IMG/VR virus record: IMGVR_UViG_3300035208_002606
Strand: one strand, 5' to 3'
DNA length: 29,572 nt
Source: a virus
Lineage: Duplodnaviria > Heunggongvirae > Uroviricota > Caudoviricetes
Part shown: positions 7,744 to 15,419 of the stretch, one piece after another
Layout: each line of letters opens with the position of its first letter
Position numbering within the stretch: the first letter of the stretch is position 1
Translations under genes and position numbers: made by a program
The notes under the pieces: generated by a model
Database searches by the model: none
Seen by the model: only the letters and a program-made list of their open reading frames with translations
Told to the model about the DNA's origin: nothing

Positions 7744-9099
7744 ATGTACGGAACAGGTGAAATGAAGTTGAAAAGACTTCGTGAAAAGTGGTCACGGCTC
7801 TTGAAGGGAATTAAGAGTGCCGAGACCCGCGACATGACCGCCATCGTTCTTGAGAACCAAGAAAATGAAATGCGGACAGTCCTAAGAGAATCTACCACAT
7901 CAGGCTACGGCTTCGGCCCAGGCGTGACAAGTGGTGATGTTGACAAATTCCCAAAATTGATGATTCCTATGGTTCGCCGTATTATGCCTCAGTTGATTGC
8001 AAATGAGATTTTCGGTGTACAGGCAATGGAAGGCCCAGTTGGTATGGCATTCACCCTTCGTTGGGTTTATGATTCTACCGTGACTTGGACTGACCCCGTA
8101 ACGGGTCGTGTGTATACCACAACCGCAGAAGAGCAGGCATATATTCCAGGAACCACACAGGCAAACCCTGTGTATTCAGGCGATTATAACAATGCTGATT
8201 ACGAAAGTTCAGCAGACGATGCAACGGCAAACACGGGCGGCTTCGGTCTAAGAAATGACCGCGGCGAAATCGTTTCCGATTTGAGTTATACGGGAGCGAC
8301 ACAGGCAGTTCCAACTGCCGCACTTGGGGCAACGGCAAATCCGTACTCCGAAGGCTCGTTGAAAATCATCAATAGACTTATTGAGGCTCGTACTCGTAAG
8401 TTGAAGGCAAATTGGTCGCAGGAAGCAGTTGACGACATCAAGAAGGTTCACTCGTTGAATCTTGAGCAGGAGATTGTTGACTTCCTTTCGTATCAGATTC
8501 AGGCAGAGATTGACCGTGAGTTGATTCTTGCCGCTTACAATCTTGGTACAACCAACGGCTTGTTTACATGGGACATCGCAAGCACGGATGGTCGTTGGCA
8601 GGAAGAGAAGTATAAGACCCTGTATCACGCAATCATCAAGGCATTGAACTACATCGGTCACCAGACTCGTAGAGGTCGTGCAAATTGGATGGTTGTGTCT
8701 TCTGAGGTTGCTTCGATTCTTTCGGCAATCAAGGCATTTGACTACAGCGCAGTTCAGCCCGTGGAAGGCTTCGAGCCTTACGAGGGTGGTGAAGGTGTTG
8801 TATATCTTGGCACAATCGAAAGCGGAAAGGTTAAGGTTTACCTTGACCTGTATTGGGAAGCACCCGCAAATAACGTGGACAAGGAAATTGGCTACATCCT
8901 GATGGGTTACAAGGGAAAGAAGAGTTTCGACTCAGGCATTCTCTATTGCCCATACATCCCAGTGATGATGATGAAAACCATCTCCCCACATGACTTCCAC
9001 CCATTGCTCTCATTGGGTAGCCGTTACGCAGTCGTAACGCAACTTTTGGACACGGAGAAATATTATGCTGTTGTATCCGTAAGGAACAGCGCATTATAA
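7744..9099 (+). CDS. gp23: Major capsid protein, T4 gp23 family
   Basis: KWSRLLKG, TAIVLENQE, PKLMIPMVRRIMPQLIANEIFGVQAM.GP.G..F.LR, RKLKANWSQEA..D, LS.QIQAEIDREL, GRANWMVVS, GYKG...DSGILYCPYIP; strong SD aaggagg. Confidence 0.97.
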   Translation: MYGTGEMKLKRLREKWSRLLKGIKSAETRDMTAIVLENQENEMRTVLRESTTSGYGFGPGVTSGDVDKFPKLMIPMVRRIMPQLIANEIFGVQAMEGPVGMAFTLRWVYDSTVTWTDPVTGRVYTTTAEEQAYIPGTTQANPVYSGDYNNADYESSADDATANTGGFGLRNDRGEIVSDLSYTGATQAVPTAALGATANPYSEGSLKIINRLIEARTRKLKANWSQEAVDDIKKVHSLNLEQEIVDFLSYQIQAEIDRELILAAYNLGTTNGLFTWDIASTDGRWQEEKYKTLYHAIIKALNYIGHQTRRGRANWMVVSSEVASILSAIKAFDYSAVQPVEGFEPYEGGEGVVYLGTIESGKVKVYLDLYWEAPANNVDKEIGYILMGYKGKKSFDSGILYCPYIPVMMMKTISPHDFHPLLSLGSRYAVVTQLLDTEKYYAVVSVRNSAL

Positions 9100-9122
9100 T
9101 CCGAGAGTAAAAGAAAATTAAG

Positions 9123-9151
9123 AGAAGGCCTCTTCGGAGGCCTTCTTTTTT
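9123..9151 (+). terminator. Rho-independent terminator after the capsid gene
   Basis: Perfect 10-bp stem AGAAGGCCTC/GAGGCCTTCT with a cUUCGg tetraloop, followed by a T-run. Confidence 0.92.
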
Positions 9152-9179
9152 ACACCTAATAAGCATAATATTTCCAACA

Positions 9180-9197
9180 AAGTATGATATAATATAA
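9180..9197 (+). repeat. 18-bp direct repeat copy 1 (AAGTATGATATAATATAA) containing an extended -10 promoter TGnTATAAT
   Basis: Identical copy at 9982-9999. Confidence 0.85.
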
Positions 9198-9209
9198 AGA
9201 GAGAATAAA

Positions 9210-9461
9210 ATGAAAAAGATTTGTAGCGATTGTGGTCAAGAGAAAGTTTTGGAAAATGATTTTTATAAAGATTCATATAGTATTACAGGATATCGTAGTT
9301 ACTGTAAACTCTGTTCTAAAGAAAGGTGTAAAAAATCTTACAAAAACAATAAAACAAAAATAGACGATAAACATAATGAATGGGTGGCAAATAATAGAGA
9401 AAAATGGCAAAATTATTATGAAAATTATAAAAAAAGAATTAAATTGAAAAAATTAATATGA
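9210..9461 (+). CDS. Zinc-finger DNA-binding protein resembling the N-terminus of the next gene, with no nuclease domain
   Basis: MKKICSDC...CKLC versus MKKICSNC...CKVC in the next gene. Confidence 0.75.
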   Translation: MKKICSDCGQEKVLENDFYKDSYSITGYRSYCKLCSKERCKKSYKNNKTKIDDKHNEWVANNREKWQNYYENYKKRIKLKKLI

Positions 9462-9994
9462 AAAAAATTTGTAGTAATTGTAAAATTGAAAAAGATTTAG
9501 AAAAATTCCATAAAGGTAGTTCTGCCTGTAAAGTTTGTGTTTCAGAAAGACAAAAAAGAAATTACGAAAAAATAAAAACTAAACACTATGAATGGATGAA
9601 AAATCACCCCGAACACAAAAAATATCAAGCGGCTTATTTTAAAAAATATCAACAACTTCCTGATTTCAAAGAGAAAAATAAATCTTACCAATGGAAGTAC
9701 GCCCATACCGAACGGGGCCGAATTGTTATCAATCTTAAAACTGCTCGTAGACGAAAAAGAGAACGAGACCTCATCAATGATATTACTGCCGACCAAGTAC
9801 TCCAAATCAAAGAATCCCAACAGAACAAGTGTGCCATTTGCCACAAAATTTTTAATAAACAACTTCCCTTCGAACTCGACCATATTATTCCTGTCGCACT
9901 CTCCAAACCCGGAGACCCAGGATTGACAATGGGTAATGTGCAACTGCTTTGCCGTAGTTGCAACGCCACTAAAAACAAACGAAGTATGATATAA
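9458..9994 (+). CDS. HNH endonuclease with an N-terminal zinc finger
   Basis: CAIC...ELDHIIP...GNVQLLCRSCNATK is a canonical HNH motif. Confidence 0.9.
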   Translation: MKKICSNCKIEKDLEKFHKGSSACKVCVSERQKRNYEKIKTKHYEWMKNHPEHKKYQAAYFKKYQQLPDFKEKNKSYQWKYAHTERGRIVINLKTARRRKRERDLINDITADQVLQIKESQQNKCAICHKIFNKQLPFELDHIIPVALSKPGDPGLTMGNVQLLCRSCNATKNKRSMI

Positions 9995-9999
9995 TATAA
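9982..9999 (+). repeat. 18-bp direct repeat copy 2 / extended -10 promoter; contains the HNH stop codon
   Basis: Identical to 9180-9197; TAA 9992-9994 lies inside TATAAT. Confidence 0.85.
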
Positions 10000-10002
10000 G
10001 TG

Positions 10003-10554
10003 ATGCCAAAATCACTTCTAGATTTTCCTAAAGACTCTGCTGATTTTTTTATAAATCTAGCAAGAGACAAAAGATTTCAAAAAGCCCCTGGACCCGTTCT
10101 AGTTCATTACTATCTTTCCTTGGACAAGTTAGACGGTGCATATCAAATGAAACAATTGTTCTTATCTTGTCATACCTCCCGTATGAAAACAAGTATTGAC
10201 CCTGTGTGTGAGAAATTTATAGATAAAGCCCCCGTTATTTTAAAAGAAATAAAAGATGATTTTTTACGGGATAACCCTGTTATTTATTTGTATACTGTTT
10301 ACCAAATGCCAATAACAAATTCCTTCGAAATGAAATTGGCAGTACGCTATGCAGTCCCCGATAAAAATATAATTGTGGAAACAAAAGAAGGGGTTGATAA
10401 TATTATCAAAAAAGAAGGAATCAATTATCTTCTGAATAATTTTGGAAACGCTTTAAAAAGTACACCAGGAATCGGGGAGTATATTAAAGAATCCTACCCC
10501 GAATACAGGGATAAAGTCAGACTGTGGAATGTTCTCCACGGAGTAGAAAAATAA
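10003..10554 (+). CDS. Hypothetical protein
   Basis: Open frame filling the gap (start GTG 10000 or ATG 10003); no recognisable motif. Confidence 0.7.
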   Translation: MPKSLLDFPKDSADFFINLARDKRFQKAPGPVLVHYYLSLDKLDGAYQMKQLFLSCHTSRMKTSIDPVCEKFIDKAPVILKEIKDDFLRDNPVIYLYTVYQMPITNSFEMKLAVRYAVPDKNIIVETKEGVDNIIKKEGINYLLNNFGNALKSTPGIGEYIKESYPEYRDKVRLWNVLHGVEK

Positions 10555-10563
10555 GGAGCAATA

Positions 10564-11004
10564 ATGGGCAACTACAATTTTAAGAAAGACCTAGCCATTT
10601 CCGAGTCAGAAGTTCCTGAAGTCTTTGAGAAAATCAAAAAAACTTTCGTGGGCATTAAAAACCTTCATCACCCCGAAGGATATCTCAAGGAGTACGATAT
10701 CACGGGAACCTTCAACGACCTTCCCGTAACTTTTGAAGTCAAGAACGACAAGATGTCGAACGAAACGGGCAACTTTGGAATTGAGTATGAATCTTGGGGT
10801 AAACCCTCAGGAATCGCCACCACCACCGCAAAATATTGGATTCATCAGATGTACGGGGATTATTATATCACCCCCACCAAAGTCGTGAGGGATATGATAG
10901 CGCAGAAGGAATACTTCCGAACCGTCAGCGGTGGAGACAAGGGTAGCAACACCAAAATGTACCTTTTCAAGAAGAACTGCCTTTCTCGTTGGAAAAAGAT
11001 GTAA
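10564..11004 (+). CDS. PD-(D/E)xK nuclease-superfamily phage protein
   Basis: YDI...FEVKND....TGNFGIEY...KPSGI..TTAKYW pattern of a common phage restriction-endonuclease-fold family; SD aaggag. Confidence 0.7.
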   Translation: MGNYNFKKDLAISESEVPEVFEKIKKTFVGIKNLHHPEGYLKEYDITGTFNDLPVTFEVKNDKMSNETGNFGIEYESWGKPSGIATTTAKYWIHQMYGDYYITPTKVVRDMIAQKEYFRTVSGGDKGSNTKMYLFKKNCLSRWKKM

Positions 11005-11020
11005 CAATCTGTGGTATAAT
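11005..11020 (+). promoter_or_regulatory. Sigma70/SigA-type extended -10 promoter (TGTGGTATAAT), with an overlapping TAAATA at 11020-11025
   Basis: CAATCTGTGGTATAAT in an intergenic gap; 15/16-identical copy at 11873-11888; no clear -35. Confidence 0.7.
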
Positions 11021-11041
11021 AAATAGAGATAGGAGAAAACT

Positions 11042-11863
11042 ATGCAAGGCGAAGGATTTTGGTCCAATCAAAAAGCAATCAAAAATCCTGAAGATATTCA
11101 GGAAGTCGTAAAGAACACTATCATTTTAAACACCAACCATATCAACGCAGTTGTTGTCAACTTGGAAGATGAAGACGGTTATTTCCCCTTCCCCATTACA
11201 AGGAAGGAGTACGCCGCCGCTTTCGACTATTTTCACGAACGCTACGGATTGGAGGGAAAGGCCCGTGAAATAATTCTGTTGATTTTGACTTGCGGCTACG
11301 ACTATATCAGGTTTCGTGTCAACCTAGGCCGTCAGAACGAAACGATTATCTTCGGAACGGGTCAAGTGAATGCCAAGACGATGTTGATTGCCCGAACCCT
11401 TTTCAAGTGGCTAAACAGTCCGAGAAATAAAATTATCAAAGACGAACACGGGAAGTCTCAAACCATCAAAGGCAGTCAGGGCTTGGACGATAAACAGTTG
11501 GTTTTTCAATCCTATCAGAAGTTGCTAGACTCCAACTACAGCAAGAAGGAAAAGGAAGCCCTCTACAAGGCTGTCCCGAAGCGACACAAAGACAAAATGA
11601 AGAAGATTCTAGGGATTGGTAAGGCAGAAAGTTCTTACGCCAAAGCCAAGGCCGATATCGACTACGCTTTGGAAACCTCCCCAAAGGCCAAGTCCATTTA
11701 TATTCCTTCTCCCGAACGGCAGGAAATCTCCCAAGAGACGGGTAAATGGGTCTATAATGTTGGGGAAATGCTTAAAAAATACGGCCTGACCCTTGTAGAT
11801 ATCAAAGAATTTGCCACGGAAGACGAGTATAAAATTCTGAAAGAATACTTCCAAAAAGACTAA
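11042..11863 (+). CDS. Hypothetical protein with a C-terminal DIKEFATEDEY..LKE motif
   Basis: SD aggag; long ORF; motif shared with the 863 and 5925 proteins. Confidence 0.8.
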   Translation: MQGEGFWSNQKAIKNPEDIQEVVKNTIILNTNHINAVVVNLEDEDGYFPFPITRKEYAAAFDYFHERYGLEGKAREIILLILTCGYDYIRFRVNLGRQNETIIFGTGQVNAKTMLIARTLFKWLNSPRNKIIKDEHGKSQTIKGSQGLDDKQLVFQSYQKLLDSNYSKKEKEALYKAVPKRHKDKMKKILGIGKAESSYAKAKADIDYALETSPKAKSIYIPSPERQEISQETGKWVYNVGEMLKKYGLTLVDIKEFATEDEYKILKEYFQKD

Positions 11864-11872
11864 AAATCACTT

Positions 11873-11888
11873 CAACCTGTGGTATAAT
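11873..11888 (+). promoter_or_regulatory. Sigma70/SigA-type extended -10 promoter (TGTGGTATAAT)
   Basis: CAACCTGTGGTATAAT, intergenic, followed by SD ggag and ATG 11908. Confidence 0.7.
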
Positions 11889-11907
11889 TAAGAGTGGAGA
11901 AACGATT

Positions 11908-12369
11908 ATGCCGAAACGACTGAACTCTTCTAAGAGCAATATTCAAAGTCTTGTGAAGGAATATCAAAATCTGTTTCCTGACCCTTTTGGAATCGAATGC
12001 GGGGATGGGTGGACGGAACTTGTGCGCCTTATTTGTGAGTTTGTTAAACTAAACCTAGAAAGGCATCAGGAATTGAAGGGTTTTAAATTCGACCAAATCA
12101 AGGAGAAATTTGGATACTTGAGAGTTTATTATTCCACCATCCCTAACATCGGAGATAAAAAAACATATCAAGAGTTTTACAAGTCCTTAACAGATTTTGT
12201 CTATGCCATTGAAACAGTTTCGGGAATCGTCTGCGAAGACTGCGGAAAGATAAAAAATGATAAACTGAATATACAAATAAGAACTCCTAGAGGATATTGG
12301 AAGAAAACATTGTGTGACAAGTGTTTTGAAAAAGAAAAAAAGGCATATAAGAATGGACGCTTGCCGTAA
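11908..12369 (+). CDS. Conserved phage hypothetical protein with a C-terminal zinc ribbon
   Basis: ECGDGW...QIKEKFGYLRVY...CEDCGK...TLCDKC pattern, which I recall as a common phage family. Confidence 0.8.
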   Translation: MPKRLNSSKSNIQSLVKEYQNLFPDPFGIECGDGWTELVRLICEFVKLNLERHQELKGFKFDQIKEKFGYLRVYYSTIPNIGDKKTYQEFYKSLTDFVYAIETVSGIVCEDCGKIKNDKLNIQIRTPRGYWKKTLCDKCFEKEKKAYKNGRLP

Positions 12370-12370
12370 A

Positions 12371-12919
12371 ATGAAAGAGTTCTTAAAGAAATATTTTCTT
12401 TGGCTTTTGGTTGCTGTGGCTTTGGTAATAGCGCACAATACCCTAAAGTCTTTTTATATCTCCGCAGGAAGAGGGCAAGTAGAAAAAGAATATAACGAGA
12501 GAACAGCCCTGCAAAAAATTGAGTATCAAAAACAATTCAAAATAAAAGACGATTTATTGGCAAATGCCGTTCGGGAAAAATACGAAGAAAGAGAAAAACA
12601 TAACAAGGAATCACAACAAAAAAATACGGAATTTTCTAAGTATAAGGACAGAATAAAGTTGGAGTTTGTTGAAATAAATTTGCGGCTGTCCAAAACACGG
12701 GGAGAGAATAAATTTTTAAAAGAAGAGATTTCAATTCTCAAGACCTTGAACTTCTCTCTAGCCTCAATTAATAAGAACTTATTGTGGGATTGGGAAGCGT
12801 CAGACGAAACAATGTTTAAGAATTTTGATACCGTTTTAAAAGAAAGCAACGCCGCAACGGAACAAAAATATATCGACTTCATCAACAAAATCGACAGAAT
12901 CAGAAAAGGTAGAAAATGA
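12371..12919 (+). CDS. N-terminally membrane-anchored coiled-coil protein
   Basis: Start reassigned to ATG 12371; hydrophobic YFLWLLVAVALVIA followed by a long coiled coil. Confidence 0.65.
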   Translation: MKEFLKKYFLWLLVAVALVIAHNTLKSFYISAGRGQVEKEYNERTALQKIEYQKQFKIKDDLLANAVREKYEEREKHNKESQQKNTEFSKYKDRIKLEFVEINLRLSKTRGENKFLKEEISILKTLNFSLASINKNLLWDWEASDETMFKNFDTVLKESNAATEQKYIDFINKIDRIRKGRK

Positions 12920-13695
12920 TAAAATTCAGGAAACAATCCTATTTTGATAAGTATCTTGATAATATCAATGACCATAGCAGAACTATAAAAAAATATGGAT
13001 ACTATATCAAAATTCCACAAAAATACGACCTTCGTTATTGGTTGTTAGCGGCATTGAAAAAGAAAATTTTTGATGTAGAAACACCAAAATCTTACCACAA
13101 TCTTAAAGGCGAAGGTGCTAACGAAAAGGAAATTCAAGAAATAAAATTAAACAAATATCGAGGGGGAATCTTGGTATTTCCTACCGACCTTGATATTACA
13201 AAAAAGTATATTGAAAACTTCCATATTATTTTTCAGAATCGTACCATCAAAAGTATTCTACAAAAATATTCCAATAATATTTTATGGGAATTTGGTCGCC
13301 GCTATCGGGGAGTGTATAAGAACAAGCCCCGTAATAAAATTTTTAATGCGGGGTCAAATACCTTGGAAATTACAGGGCTGAATAGTGTTGACTTGATAAA
13401 TATTGCCACCAAACTCGCTGTACAACTTCAACAAAGTATTCTTCTAATAAAAGACCTGAACAACGAAACGATGCTTATTTTGGGGAAAAATCTTCCCGAT
13501 AAAAAGAAGACATCCACAATTCTCGATATGTCGGGGGAAGAAATTAGTGAGTTAGATATGAAAAAATTAACTGCCCGTTTACATAGCACTTATCGACTTT
13601 GCCCAAGTTGGCAACATACATTTTGGGAAATGTATGATGTCTACCCTAAATTGAACGAGTTTTGGATAGAAGACGGACATTGGTATGGAAAGTAA
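12916..13695 (+). CDS. Hypothetical protein; the central domain may have a phage SAM-lyase-like fold
   Basis: GGILVF...GVYK...TLEI...LINIATKLAVQLQQSILLIK pattern (see findings); overlaps the previous stop (ATGA). Confidence 0.7.
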   Translation: MIKFRKQSYFDKYLDNINDHSRTIKKYGYYIKIPQKYDLRYWLLAALKKKIFDVETPKSYHNLKGEGANEKEIQEIKLNKYRGGILVFPTDLDITKKYIENFHIIFQNRTIKSILQKYSNNILWEFGRRYRGVYKNKPRNKIFNAGSNTLEITGLNSVDLINIATKLAVQLQQSILLIKDLNNETMLILGKNLPDKKKTSTILDMSGEEISELDMKKLTARLHSTYRLCPSWQHTFWEMYDVYPKLNEFWIEDGHWYGK

Positions 13696-13703
13696 AATAA
13701 AAA

Positions 13704-13916
13704 ATGAAAACAGAACAAGAATCTTCCGTTATGTTCAATTACGATTGCAATATCTGCGGGAAGAATACTATCCGCAACGAGTACAAGAGATATCCTGTCA
13801 TTTACAAACCCACAAAAGAAACCCTTTTAATTTGCGAGACTTGTCTCAGTTTTATCAAGGATTGCGGACAGTTTTCGAGTTACGAAATTATAAAAACTAC
13901 TAAGGAGAAAAAATGA
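13704..13916 (+). CDS. Small zinc-ribbon protein
   Basis: CNIC...CETC. Confidence 0.7.
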   Translation: MKTEQESSVMFNYDCNICGKNTIRNEYKRYPVIYKPTKETLLICETCLSFIKDCGQFSSYEIIKTTKEKK

Positions 13917-14176
13917 TTAAAACGTATGTAGGAACAGAAGGACTGAAAGAATCTTGGCAGGATGACTTTGCCAAAAACATTAAATGTCCTTTTTGCGGAA
14001 ACAAGGCACATGCGGCCTTCGGCGTTTGCGAGAATTTTAAGGGAAAAAAGAAAAAGAAAGGAGAACTTATCTGTGATTTAGACCACGAAGGGATATGGCC
14101 TCACGATGTAATCGCGGCAACCGTTTATATTTGTTCTGTTTGCGGCAAGGGGTCAGTCGATTGGAATCAAGCATAA
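13913..14176 (+). CDS. Small zinc-binding protein
   Basis: CPFC...CSVC; SD aaggag; ATGA overlap. Confidence 0.75.
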   Translation: MIKTYVGTEGLKESWQDDFAKNIKCPFCGNKAHAAFGVCENFKGKKKKKGELICDLDHEGIWPHDVIAATVYICSVCGKGSVDWNQA

Positions 14177-14187
14177 AGGAGAGGAAA

Positions 14188-14658
14188 ATGAATGAAATAG
14201 TTAGTGTTCACCCTAATGGAGTGGTTAGTGTTCATGTCGAATGTAGTGCTTGCAGGGGTACGGGGCTTTATATCGGGTTTGCCGAAGGAGACGGCACAGC
14301 CGTTGTGTGTTCCCGATGCAAGGGTACGGGAAAACAAACTTTAGACTATAAGCCTTTTATCAGGCGCAACTCACCGCCTAAAAAGGTCAAGCGGGTTTTT
14401 CAAACCAATTTCGGCTACCGAACAACCCCCAATGACCCAAGCGGGATGCCCGTGGAAGATTGGGGTGCAGGTAAGCCGTTTCCAAAGGGTTCGGAAGATA
14501 GGGAACGCTCTTGCCCCGCTTGGTTCTATCAGAGCGCTGACTCTACCAAGAAACCCAATTGGGATTGGTGTAGCGGGGCTAATGTTTTTTCACAATGCGA
14601 ACATTTCCCCACAAAACAGAAGTGTTGGGAGCGTTGGGATAAGGAGTACAACAAGTGA
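14188..14658 (+). CDS. Protein with DnaJ-type CxxCxGxG zinc finger
   Basis: Start reassigned to ATG 14188 (SD aaggagagg); CSACRGTG and CSRCKGTG motifs. Confidence 0.8.
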   Translation: MNEIVSVHPNGVVSVHVECSACRGTGLYIGFAEGDGTAVVCSRCKGTGKQTLDYKPFIRRNSPPKKVKRVFQTNFGYRTTPNDPSGMPVEDWGAGKPFPKGSEDRERSCPAWFYQSADSTKKPNWDWCSGANVFSQCEHFPTKQKCWERWDKEYNK

Positions 14659-14846
14659 AAATATTGATGGACCACACCAATGAGGGAATAGCCAAAAGAT
14701 TTGATGATGTTACCCACACAGAATTGACGGAAGGGGGTGCTTTCTATGTGATAACACGTAAAGATTCCCGACTTTATATCTCCACCAATACAATTTTGTG
14801 GTTTAACGAAACTCCTGAAGAAGGGGATGATGACTTATTTTCATAA
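14655..14846 (+). CDS. Small hypothetical protein
   Basis: SD aaggag; GTGA overlap with the previous stop. Confidence 0.65.
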   Translation: MKILMDHTNEGIAKRFDDVTHTELTEGGAFYVITRKDSRLYISTNTILWFNETPEEGDDDLFS

Positions 14847-14866
14847 GAAATAAGGATATATTTTCA

Positions 14867-15055
14867 ATGAAAAAGAAAAAAATTAATTATGATGTTCCAT
14901 TTGAAATGCCACCACAACCAAATCTTTTTCCTATCGTAAATACATCGTCACGCTTCTACAAAAATTGTAAACGGCAAAGAAAACAAGAAGCCAAGATTTG
15001 TCAGGATTGTCCGTTTCGTAACGGAATAGAAGAACAGGAGAATCAATATGGATGA
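14867..15055 (+). CDS. Small hypothetical protein
   Basis: SD aagga; Cys cluster CQDC. Confidence 0.6.
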   Translation: MKKKKINYDVPFEMPPQPNLFPIVNTSSRFYKNCKRQRKQEAKICQDCPFRNGIEEQENQYG

Positions 15056-15212
15056 AAAACGAACTTGCGGTAACTGCTTATACGGCAAGAAAGTTGAAAA
15101 ATCAAAAGTAATAGTTTGTGCCACAAGCACAACATTAGAAACGAAATGGCATACCGACCCCGCTTGTGAAAAATGGCGAAAACTTAAAAAGAAATTGTTT
15201 GGGGGAAAATAA
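15048..15212 (+). CDS. Small Cys-containing protein (54 aa, not in the ORF track)
   Basis: Manually translated MDEKRTCGNCLYGKKVEKSKVIVCATSTTLETKWHTDPACEKWRKLKKKLFGGK; SD aggag; stop coupled to the next ATG (TAATG). Confidence 0.7.
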   Translation: MDEKRTCGNCLYGKKVEKSKVIVCATSTTLETKWHTDPACEKWRKLKKKLFGGK

Positions 15213-15400
15213 TGAGAAGTAGTGTTTGGGAAGAAATGGACAACGCAACGGCAAGAAGAAAAGAAGTAAATAAGAATGAGAAACAACCTTGTTTACATGA
15301 TGCCTGTCCCCAGTGTCATGGTACAGGTAAGAAAGAAGATGGAACAATATGTGTCCATCATATTTCTTGCCCCTGTCCGAAGTGTACACCAAGAATGTAA
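15212..15400 (+). CDS. Small zinc-binding protein (CxxCxGxG plus CPCPKC)
   Basis: CLHDACPQCHGTG...CVHHISCPCPKC. Confidence 0.75.
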   Translation: MRSSVWEEMDNATARRKEVNKNEKQPCLHDACPQCHGTGKKEDGTICVHHISCPCPKCTPRM

Positions 15401-15404
15401 TCAA

Positions 15405-15410
15405 TAAATA
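15405..15410 (+). promoter_or_regulatory. Putative late promoter TAAATA marking the return to late genes
   Basis: ATAAATA in the intergenic gap before ATG 15420. Confidence 0.45.
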
Positions 15411-15419
15411 AAGATATCA

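Noticed and set aside
12371-12919. Possible inner-membrane spanin (Rz-like)
   Set aside because: The TM plus coiled-coil architecture fits, but I found no embedded or adjacent lipoprotein (lipobox) partner and no endolysin or holin nearby.
13685-13903. Alternative + frame ORF overlapping 13704..13916
   Set aside because: The 13704 frame has a paired CxxC zinc ribbon and couples to the next gene; this frame has no features.
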